Below are positions 11,060-21,326 of a DNA stretch of 64,000 nt, piece after piece. Within the stretch, counting starts at the first letter, position 1; each line of letters begins with the position of its first letter. The stretch comes from Vicugna vicugna (lineage: Eukaryota), in the NCBI GenBank assembly GCA_013265495.1, contig MU058584.1, positions 7,220,407-7,284,406 of the forward strand, written 5' to 3'. Position numbers and translations under genes: made by a program. The notes below the pieces were generated by a model. That model was not told the origin of the DNA, did no database searches, and saw only the letters and a program-made list of their open reading frames with translations.

Positions 11060-11556
11060 GTTGCCTCCCCCAATTTTATATTCCTTCCTAACCAAGAGAA
11101 ATCCAACTTTGTCCTAATTATGCCCAGCTTAAACTACTCAGCTTGCTTCTAGGGGTGGTCTTGTTACATAGTTCTTGCCAGTGAGATGCAAGATGATGTC
11201 ACCAAGTAGGGCTTCCGAGAAAGCTTGTCAAACAGCGCTGAGTCATCTGGTAAGTGCATTTTCAGCTTTGACCTCTTGCCTTTTGTCCTCGCTCCAATTT
11301 TTATTTATGAGTAGGAACATGGCTATGATGCTTGGAGGTGGGATAGCCATTTTGTGACAAAAGCCACTTTGCTAAAGATAGTGGAACAGAAAAAAGAGGA
11401 GAAACTTGTGTCTCTGGTGCCATTCTTGATCCTCTTTACCAGCCTTGATTCCGCACATGGGAACTTTTTGTCACAGGAAAAAATTAACCACTGTTTAAAT
11501 CACTGTAATTGAATTTATGTTACTTGCAGCCAAATACACTCTTAACTGATAATACA
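11060..11556 (+). mobile_element. MaLR LTR (MLT1J/K-like)
   Basis: AGCCATTTTGTGAC..GCTAA.GAT.G.GGA.CAGAAA and 3' end TGTTTAA..CACTGT...GTTACTTGCAGCCAAA...TAACTGAT..ACA. Confidence 0.7.
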
Positions 11557-11780
11557 CAGCGTAGTGAAAAACAATACTTGGATACAAATTCCTTTTTCAT
11601 CATTTATTCTCTGAAACATTAGGCAAGTGTCATGGGTTTCATGAAATAATCTCATCTGTAACTGAAATGAATAACACCTATCTTACAAGGCTTTGGGATA
11701 GATTAAATGAGATAATATGGATGAAGTGGTCCAGCACATTGCCTGGTACACAGAAGAACCTCAATAGATGTTTCTTTGAT
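11557..11780 (+). mobile_element. MIR SINE
   Basis: CTCATCTGTAA..GAATAACACCTA.CT.ACA.GG..GATTAAATGAGATAAT..GCCTGG.ACA.AG. Confidence 0.7.
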
Positions 11781-11864
11781 TTTTGTAGTTGGAGATCTCC
11801 CTAAATGAGACCCTTAAGACCATTAGAAAAGATGCCCATTCTATTGATGGGCAGATTCCTTCAT

Positions 11865-12041
11865 AGGGATGCACAAGATAATCTACTGATGTATGGAAAG
11901 AAAATATTAGAAACTCTATTTAGATTTATTTTTATCTCATCCTTTTAACATTTCTCTTTGAGTACATTTTATCTGTAATGATATAATTTATAAATTAAAA
12001 AATTAAATACTTGTGCATAATAAAAGATTTGGAGACCACTG
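11865..12041. mobile_element. hAT-Charlie MITE fragment
   Basis: G.TGCACAAGAT.ATC.ACTG..GAAAATATTAGAA..CTATTTA.ATTTATTTTTATCTCATCC and terminal TTTGGAGACCACTG. Confidence 0.6.
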
Positions 12042-12263
12042 CAACCATTACTTGGATTGCCTGTAAGAAAAAGAATTTTCCAGGCCCCCCTGAATCAGCA
12101 TCTCCATGAAAATAGCAGTAAAAAACTGCCTAGGTGATTCTTATGTTAACCTAAGTTTCAGGACCATTAATAGAGGAATTTCTCTTTATATTCCCAAGAC
12201 TTGCAGTGTCAATCTTCTCTAGAAGACAGGATCCTTAATATTTAGTTCCTTTCTTGGCTGTAC

Positions 12264-12590
12264 GTAGTAGCATAAGGCTGATCAACTCACGGTTGGTATT
12301 CACAATCATTGAGCCTAAATTTCATCTATATCTGCCTGAGTCTGGACCTGCCAAACGCAAAATTAGGAAGTAGGTAAAATTTGCCTTTTTTGACCTTTGG
12401 TCTTGGTCACGAGATTCCTGTCCACCTGTAGGCTGACTCTGCCCTCATAAATACCCCCGGATTTCACAGGACCCTCCTTCACTCCTACTACTGCTCTCTG
12501 TTAAGACTGGGTTATGTTCCTGTAAGCCAATTAATTCCCTTCAAATCTGCGTGCAAACCCACCCCTGTGGTAGTGATGAGCTACTGAAGG
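12264..12590 (-). pseudogene. Decayed exon resembling an Ig V-set domain of HAPLN/lectican type
   Basis: With two frameshifts: DLKGINW / YRNITQS*QRAVVGVKEGPVKSGGIYEGRVSLQ... / NFTYFLILRLAGPDSGRYR*NLGSMIVNTNRELISL. Trp at 12529-12527, YEGRVSL at 12449-12429, DSGRYR followed by TGA at the invariant Cys position at 12342-12322. Confidence 0.45.
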
Positions 12591-12632
12591 AGGCATCCTG
12601 GAATAATGAGTGAAAAGAGCTTGGTTTTGGAA

Positions 12633-13460
12633 TCATTCATATAATAGACACACAAAACTACACGCTGAAGTTGTATCATATGATAGGCACCATGCTAGGC
12701 ACTGGATCTAAAATTAGAAGGAAAGTCGTTCTTACTTTGAAAGAATGTGAAGATTAATGTGGAGAAGTAGGTTATTCACTACTATGAGGTGACTGTTCAT
12801 AGGGTATGAACAAAAAACTATGGGAGCACAGGGGAAAAGTATCTAGGTCTATTTGGGGAGGCAAGGACAGCTTCCAAAAAAGGCATCACATGAGCTGAAG
12901 GATGAGGAGTTTGCCAAGAAAGAGAAGAGTGTTCTAGGCAGAGGATTTGCCTGGGCAATGGCCCAGAGCAGGAGACAGTGGAGGGTTCTGGAAACTTGGA
13001 GTGGTTTGCTTCTTCTGTATCATAAGGTATGTGGTGGTACTGTCAAGAGATGTGGCTGGGGCCCAACCATGCACGCAAGTGTTTAGGTTTCATACTGTTA
13101 GCAATTGGGAGCCATGGAAGGATTTAGAGGCAGAGGCACTATTAGATTTGCGTGTTAGAAAGGTAACTTAGGAGCAGAATGGGGGATAGACAGGAGGGAA
13201 CATCATCCTCGAGAGAAAAAGACCAGCCAGAAAGCCAGTGTTATTGACCTGGTAAGAGATGATGAGGGCCAGAAAGGAAGCTGGTGGTGGGAGTGGAGAG
13301 GAAGGGATGGATTGGAGAGATAAGAAGGGATTCACATCGATAAGGCTTGATATGTCGTGGTGGTTGACTGGATGTGAGCCGTGAGGGAGACAAATTTTTA
13401 GCTCAAGTAGTTAGATGAACGGTAGGGCCATTTCTCCAAAATAGGATGCTGGAGGAGGGG
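12633..13460 (-). mobile_element. L2 LINE fragment inserted into a MIR (MIR halves at about 12590-12632 and 13468-13580)
   Basis: L2 antisense motifs AGGCAC..TGCTAGGCACTGG, GAGCTGAAGGATGAGGAGTTTGCCA, GCAAT.GGGAGCCA.GGAAGG, GGTAAGAGATGATGAGGGCC. Confidence 0.75.
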
Positions 13461-15213
13461 ACTTTCTCTTGATTCTGCCACTCACTAGCTGTCTGAACTT
13501 GACAAATGACTTGACCTTTCCAAGTCTCATTTTTGCTTCATCTATAAAATGTAATTGTGGCCATTAGATATAAAGGTATGTAGGAGGTACTCCACTTGTG
13601 AAGGCTAACAATAATAACAACCCAAGAAATTAATTCTTCCAGATGTCAAAATGCATAATATTTTATTTTTCCCAAGTAATACATATGCTTTAACAGTGAA
13701 AAAAATGCATACCTCTTCAGAAAGTCTTGGATTATGTGTGTTTATATAGTTGTATTGGCTTATATTTACATAAAGAAACAGTGAAAGGATGTACAACAGA
13801 CATAAATAATTAAGGGATGGAGATGAGAGTTTGGGATGGGGGTAAGGAGGATGAGAAGATGGACATAGACAAGATTTTGAAATGTGTACCCTTTTTGTAT
13901 TGTCTTAATTCTGAACCATGACTATATCACCTATTTAAACTGTTAAATTAAAAAAAAAATCCAGGGGTGACTTGAATGGTATGAATTTCAGACATGTGTC
14001 CAATGGTTTCCATCAGAAGTCCTGGGGCTCTTTTACCTCCCTGCTTTTGCAAAACCTGCATCTTTTCTGAAATTTTCCTCCTAACCTCCCCTTCTCTAAC
14101 CTTGGTTAACTTCTTTCATCCTTCCTTTCCTTTCTTCCTGTCCCTTCTTTCCTCTCTGCCTCTTTCCCTCTCTCCCTTCCTTCCTTTGTTTCCTCCTTTC
14201 TTTCTAGAATATACACTTAAGTGACCCCCCTATTCTGGTCTCTCAGTCGCAATTATTGAGTAAGAAGCAGAAGTTCTTCGGCTATGAGGTTGACATGAAT
14301 AAAGGCAGAAATTCACTTTTACATTATACTGGGGTCTAAGGGAAACCAGGAGCCTTAAAAGAAATGCAGAAGTTGTTCCTCTAATTAGATTGAGTTCTTG
14401 GACAGTAGAGACTGTCTTTTTCTACTTTTGTGCCCCCAGTAACTTGTACAGTGGCTGGTACACAGTAAGTGCTCAATAAATGAGTGCTAAACTTAATTGA
14501 AAAAATGTAACAGGGCATATCTTCTCTTGAGAAATTTTTCTGGAAGTGAAGAACTCTGAATTTTGAAAATTAAATGATTAATTATACATAGAAGTAGGAA
14601 AATGGTTAAGAGTATAGAATTGAGGACAGATAGACCTGAGCGCAAATTCTTTTTTTTTTTTTAACCAGTGACTGTGACCTTGGTTAAATTACTTAACTCC
14701 TCTGAGCCTATTTTCATCTGTAAATGCACGTACATGTACACACACACACACACATATATTCACAGTTTCCGATGGTTAGTAGACAACAGACTGGGATAAC
14801 CAAAGTAAGAACCTTAGCACAAGCCCTGACACCTAGTAATAACTCAGTGTTGCTTCATTAAACATGTTATTGCTCAATATATCTAGTTATTATAACAAAA
14901 TTTCTGCAAGGTCAAGTCAATGGCATAGGTCTCAAACTTCGGAAACCTGAAAGAGCCTCAACTAAGAGGAATGAGGAAGAAAGACTGGATTAGAAGCCAG
15001 TCAGCTAAAGGTATTTGCCTCTCAAATTGAGTTCCTGGCTGAAGCTATATTTGGAAGACAAGAGAAACCGGGCTTTGGAGTCGTGGATTCTGTGCACCGC
15101 AAAGTGATCATTGCAGAGTGCAGTGTTGGCTGGTGGCCGCGAGCTTGTTATCTCGGAGGTGCAGCCCTTGTGTACCTCTATCTGATTCATTTTCAGCAAT
15201 ATGGTGTTGTTTT

Positions 15214-15239
15214 TGTGTGTGTGTGTGTGTGTGTGTGTG
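15214..15239. repeat. (TG)13 microsatellite
   Basis: Direct reading. Confidence 0.95.
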
Positions 15240-15765
15240 AGTCGGGTGGAAAGAGGAAGGATGACAGAAGGACACTGGAGGGCTGATGGCAGAGAATATT
15301 TGAGGATAAAACCAAACAGACTAAGATTCCTAGTGCTTTTTAACTCATTGATTGCCAGGAACCTGGGTGAGGTAGAGCATTGGTTTATTGAACTTTTATG
15401 CAGCCCAGCACCCTGTTGACAACAATGTGTCTGAGTCACAGGGGGTCAAGTGACTGCAGCTTCTCTGATGAGTCATTGTCTTGCTTCCACTAATGTCCTG
15501 GCGGCTGGGGCTGACTTGTTTACTGAGAGCAAGCTACAGCTGTCTGCAGGTACAGATTCTTGTGCTCCACGCCTCACTGGCAGAGCCGGCAGGCTTGATT
15601 CGGGAGCTTGTACACTCCTGGAAGGTCCTGATGTGGAACGGGCAGTAGAGGCGGCCCCGTGTGATGTGCTGATGCTCCTTCCTTCAATTTGGCATTGCAG
15701 TGAGCAAGTGTTTAGATTGGGAACCCAAAGCATTAAGCAAGAGATAGGTGTGAACAGCACTAATA

Positions 15766-16211
15766 CACGATACTCAGGATCCTAGCAAGACACTGGGTAA
15801 TTAAGGGGCACTTAACAGAAAGACTATTTACAGGTGTGGGTGGGGTTCATGGAAACAGCAAGGGATGGTACAGGGTCCCTTGGAAAGCAAGAGAGGGGAG
15901 CCATTACTAGGCTGAAGAAGCAAAGGGCGGGAGGAAAAATATGGAGAGGGTCACCTGAGAGGAGCTGTGGCCTTGATGGTCACAGCCGACTTCTGGTCAC
16001 CCAGTAGGAAAGGAGCAAGAGGGATGAACGCTCAACCTTACTCTCCTTCCACCCTCCCTCCTTGGGTCCTTCCACTGGTCGAATCTAACAGGAAGCCAGC
16101 GAGCAAGAGGGCTACTGATGGAGGCCACAGAGGTCAGCCTCCCCCTGGGGAAGAGGTGGAGAAGGGGGAGAATGGATCTTGAGGGAGAGCAAACAGAAAA
16201 TACTTAGTACA
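15766..16211 (-). mobile_element. ERVL LTR (LTR33-like)
   Basis: Antisense match to recalled LTR33 (AGGAGCTGTGGCCTT, AGGAAGCCAG..GCAAG, AGGTCAGCCTCCC, GGTGGAGAAGG..GAGA.TGGATCT, GCAAAC.GAA.ATA..AG.ACA). Confidence 0.7.
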
Positions 16212-17974
16212 AGTTGTTAGCTAGGCATGCTAGTGTCCTCTCTGGTTTTGTTTTGTTCATTGGTGAAATGGGAAAATCACTACCTAATTTGTTGTGAGAA
16301 TGGAATGAGATAAGGCAGATAAAAGGTTTTGAAGTGCCCTGAAGAGTCTGGTGAAGGTTGAGTATGAAGTTGTTGAACAGCTGCTATGTTTCAAGGAAGA
16401 GGGAACCACAATGACATAGCAGCCAGAAGAAATTCCTTACTTCCTAGTTGGTTCACCAGCCTTTCTTGTGACCCTACTAAGTGTATAGGCCACACCTGAG
16501 GCTGAACATGGGCACAGATAGGTGGGCTATGAAAAAAAAAAGGGATGCCCGATACAAGGCATAGCCACTATACCCTCAAAAGCCTGTACTATAGTTAGAT
16601 ATGAAGGGGTGTGTGTGCACTCCTTTACCTATATATGAAATGTGTAGAAAGATATGACAATATTTATCCATATCCATTTAGCATGTGAATACATGCACAC
16701 AAAGTAATGCAGTCACGCATGCAAAATTAAGCAATAGAGTTAGGAATGATTAGAGCTGGTTAGGGACAGTCAGCAAAGGTGTTCAGAAGAATGGAGTTTG
16801 AGTTCCAACTCAAGAACCAGATCTGGAGGTGCCAGTCTTTGACCTGTCCAGGTTATTGAGTTATTACTCCTTCCATGTTTAGAAATAGACCATTTCAAAA
16901 AGAGGGATGAAATATTTGAGTTCTTTCAACTCTTTCAACTTATATCTGTTTCCTCTTCTTTTCCTCTCCAATGCCGAGCGTGGTATTCTGAAGGTCCTCA
17001 AGAAATGTTTGTTAACTGAATCATTAAAAAAAGAAAATCTGGTATCTGTGCTGTCTTATTAAGTGAGAGAAGAGAATACATAGGGTAACAGTTCCTCCCT
17101 TCAGTGCTGATCTCTGAGAATTCTTCCATGGGTGTTTGAAAAAACACCACTTGCAAAAGAGAAGCCACTGTGAGTGAGCTTAGTGTATGCTTTTGATAAG
17201 TGATTTGCATAAGATGATTGTGTGCATAGACTGCAATCTTAGAAATTTCCAGACAGAAAATGACTGCTCTCTGGAAGATGTTTAGTTTATGATATGCCAG
17301 ACATGTCTCTCTTATCCTTCACTCTGAGACTCTGTAGAAAGAGACGAGTAGGGAGGGTGACAGTCTCTCAAATAGTTGTCAGGTTATTGAAAAGCTTAAA
17401 CAGTGTTTAGTGCTCAAACACTTGTCCCATAAATGTTAATAGTCAAGGACTCAGGATGTAGCAGTGAAAGGGAGTGTTAAAGTAATGTTGTCTAAACTCC
17501 TTTGGGCAAATATCAGTGGAAATGATACTGGTGTGGGACTGCTCAGAAACACTGTTATGAATGCAGAAATCACTGGCTCTTAGCCCACGGGGCACAACCC
17601 GCAGCACAGAGGCCTGGAGCAGTGCCAAGGCTTCTTGGGCTTTGAGATGTGTCTGTAGCTGGTAGGAGCTCTTGAAACAGGCTGAAGGTTGTGCAATGAA
17701 AGCACAGAGTGCACCTACTCTCACCTCCCTAAGGTAGAAAGAGAACATGGCCCACCCAGAAGCCCAAGGGCCACAGGGGATGTTTGTTTCAACCCCTGCG
17801 CTCCCCCAGGCTCAGGGCTGTGGGTGTGCAAGGCTGAAGTCAGGCTTCCGATGACCAAAGAAAAGCTTGTGCCACACGTCAACCCAAAACACAGGACTGC
17901 CAGGTCCCGGTAAAGGACCACAAATGAGGGTGTGTATATGCCTAGGCCGGTCCTGCCTGTTGAGTTTTTCCCAT

Positions 17975-18700
17975 TTATTTTTATTGCGGTAAAACCATTT
18001 TAAAGTGTGCAGTTTAGGCATATAGTTCATTCACAGTGTTTTATAACCGTCACCACCATCTAGCTCCAAGACATTTTCATCATCCTAAAAATAAACCCCA
18101 TGTCCATTAAGCAGTCACTCCCCATTTCCCCCTTTGCCCAGTCCCTGGTAACTGCCCTTCTGGGTTTGGTCTCTAGGATTTAGCTATTCTGGATATTTCA
18201 TATAAATGGAGTCATACAATATGTGGCCTTTTATGTCTGGTTTTTGCCACTTAGCATAAAGTTTTCAAAGGTCATCCATGTTGTGGCATGGATCAGTACC
18301 TCGGTCTTTTTATGGCTAAATAATATTCTGTTATATGGATATACCACATTTTGTTTATCCATTCATCAGTTGCTGGAAACTTGTTTTGTTTCCACCTTTT
18401 GGCTATTGTGAATAATGCTGCTCTGAAATTCATGTACCAGGCTTCTCTGAATACCTATTTTTGGTTTTGGGGGTGTACATACCTAGGAGTGGAATTGCTT
18501 GCTGAGTAATATAATTATGCATTTAGCTTACTGAGGAAACACCATACTGGTGTTTTTATATTCCCATCAGCAATGTTGGAGGGTTCCAATTTCTCCACAT
18601 TTTCGTCAACACTTATTTCCTATTAAAAATTTTTTAACCATCCTAGTATGTAGTTTTGATGTGCATTTCCCTAGTGACTAATAATACTGGGCATCTTTTT
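17975..18700 (-). mobile_element. L1MB-type 3' end
   Basis: CCATTAAGCAGTCACTCCCCATTTCCCC, CTATTCTGGA.ATTTCATATAAATGGA.TCATACAATATGTGGCCTTT, ATACCTAGGAGTGGAATTGCT. Confidence 0.85.
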
Positions 18701-20468
18701 ATTCCCTGGTTTGTTTTAACCCAGTGGAAATATTCTAAAGCTATACCTTTTTGATCTTGAGTGGATCTATAGTGTTATTTAGATGGTACATTCTCATGTG
18801 TCGATTTGTTTAGCTCTCTTTGAGTCACATGGAATAGGCTGCTATTTGTGAATAGATCCTAATAAACACTCCTGGTTGATGGTGTGGATATAGAAGAGCT
18901 GAAGAACTTTTTTAGAAAGAATTTTTATTAAAACTATCCTACTAATGTAACATGAAATTTTTTTTTTTGCTCTGAAGTTTTATTTTAAAACCTGTCCTAG
19001 GAAGATGAACAAGACAAATAGCAAATCTCCCAGTTAAAATGAGGCAACTAAAGCTCATGAGTTTCAATCCTGCCTTTGTTGCTGAGTGACCTCTGACCTT
19101 TGACAATACTTCTGAGTTGTATTCTATATTAAGACAACCCACTGTGTCTCATTTCCCATTGGGTCCACTGAGAATGATGATGATGAGCTCCTATAAAGGT
19201 TGGCAGGTCCTCTGGGAAATGCCAAGAAGAAACCCACACATGAACTCATTGTGAGTTGCGAGGCTCTCCCCATGTAAGCCACCCATTTCAGTACTCCTGG
19301 TGTGGACTGAATTTCTCTTTCATGAGAGCCATTCCCACTTTTTATGCCAATTTCTTGAGGCAGATGGGCAGGGTGACATGTGTCCAATTAGAGACAGAAA
19401 ATTGAGCCTCCCCAGAATGGTCTCATATCACAGCTAGGTTTGTTAGCTACAAAAATAGATCTACATTTAAACAGAGAAATGTGGAAAATGATATGAAAAT
19501 AGAAACCATATTGTGTGCTACTCTTTTTGATAAGTAGGTTAACTCTTAAGAATTAAGTTTAGAAGAGATAAGAAACAAAATAATGTAGCTCCAGAGTCCT
19601 CCACTGACTCGGTATTGGCCCAGGTATTGGGGTCATGTCTGCAATCAGGCCCTGATTAGATTTTTCTTGTAATTTTTTCTTCTACAGCATAACTTCTCAT
19701 CACTAATATTTAACTTTTCCTCCAAAAACTGAGAACATTCTGAAATGTTTTTAGTTGAGAGCTGAGACTAAATTTTTATACAAAGGAAATATTTCAGCCC
19801 CACTCTGAAGAATAATGCTACTCTTCTCATTCTGTCCACCATACTCCGCTTTCCCCGAGTTAATCACCTGTCAGTAGGGTCTTTAGCTGGGGGGCCCTGG
19901 TAGGCTGAATGAGCCTGCCTGAATGGCAATGGTCAGAATAATTGTTTTCCTAGAGGCACCAATAGGCCAAAATGATTATCTTAGAAGAGAAGACAGATAA
20001 GGAGAGCTGATGATGTCCAGGTCATGGGAAGTTTGCTAAAATCTGTTGTCTCTTCTCTGCCATCTTCTATCTCCTGTTAGCAACATGTAAGGTCATTTTG
20101 CCAGAGAAATAAATCTGGTCAATAAATAGTCATTGGATGAATCTGCTTTAGATGCTTTGATGGTATTTTTCTATGGATGAGTTACACGGTCTTTCCAGAT
20201 AGGACCGTTATCTTCAGCAGAACTAGAGATTTCTTCATTTCCCTTTCCTTGTAATTTGCTGCCTCCTTTTCATAAGTGGACCTTACCACTCCTCCTGGCA
20301 CGTGGAGTGGTACAGGTACAGTCCTCAGGTACAATGTACAATTGCACTGATTTTGAGTTGTTGGAACTGGTCTTGAGTGTTCTGAGACTGGGACATACTG
20401 ATTGAGACTGCCTTCCTCTTTCTTATTTGGATATTATTCATTCAGTGGAAATGTTCTTTTCTTCCTAG

Positions 20469-20534
20469 TAGAATTGCAGGCAAATACAGGATACTGTATT
20501 TTGTTTTATATTTTACCTAAATCTGGCAACTCTA
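20469..20534. mobile_element. MER53-like hAT MITE remnant with its palindromic centre deleted
   Basis: TIRs TAGAATTGC / GCAACTCTA; residual palindrome AAATACAG..CTGTATTT; right end CTAAATCTGGCAAC.CT. Confidence 0.6.
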
Positions 20535-20911
20535 CTTACTGAGCACTTAGCTAGACTGTATTTCCCAGTTTTCCTTGCAGGTGGGGGTGGCCTTGTGACT
20601 GAGTTCTACCGGTGGAATGTTTGCAGGAGTGATGTACCATTTCTAGTCCCAGCCCATTAAAACCTCCCATGCGTGCTCTGCAGGATTTTTCCTTTTTGTA
20701 ATTGGCTAGAATGGAAAAAAACTTCTAGGATGACTTTGGAAACCACATGTTGAAGTTATCAGAGCTATTATTAGACTGCCTAGAGGAAGACCACCCCATA
20801 CCTTGTTGGCTTCTCTGTACTATGTGACCGAAAAATAAATATTTACTGTATTTAAACTATTATGCATTTTGGGATCTATTATAGTTATGACATAGTTTAC
20901 TTAACCAATAA
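20535..20911 (+). mobile_element. MaLR LTR (MLT1I/J-like)
   Basis: AGCTAGACT..ATTTCCCAG..CCTTGCAG..GTGGCC.TGTGACTGAGTTCT..GGAATG, CCCAT.AAAACCTCCCA, AATAAA near 20834. Confidence 0.7.
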
Positions 20912-21326
20912 ATATATGCAGTGGATTAAGTAATTTTATTGGTAACTAGATTGCTAGATAGGCAACTCAGTATGGAACAGCTAACTTAATAAGAATTATT
21001 TGTAACTTTCAAAAGCAATACGGTAAAAGTGTCACAGTAGGCTTTTGCTATGTAATCACTGACTCTAAAACAACAATCATTTTGCTATCTCTCTCAGGTT
21101 CTGTAGGTCAGGAATTTGGGAAGGGCTTGGCTAATCACTATGTTATTTATACTGAAGTTCAATTCAGTTGAATGTATTGAATGTGGAAGCTGTGGTTTGT
21201 GCTGTGGAGGGAAGCTGGGAAAAGAAGATGGCATGATTCTGACCATGAAGAGGCTTATAATACTCCTCGACTTGCACACATGGGTAGGTACAAGATAATA
21301 TAGCGCAACATAGGAAGGTGTTAAAA

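Noticed and set aside
12291..12519. Two small minus-strand exons (12519-12426 and 12347-12291) with a 78-nt intron
   Set aside because: The smaller exon has a stop in all three frames. Reading straight through as one decayed IgV exon explains the motifs better.
12590..12630. SLIIPGC as the IgV B-strand cysteine motif
   Set aside because: These bases match the 5' end of a MIR, so the resemblance to aggrecan SLTIPC is probably coincidental. I did not count it as evidence.
19250..19385. Minus-strand TLPICL as a serine-protease remnant
   Set aside because: Single short motif, multiple stops, no catalytic-triad motifs nearby.
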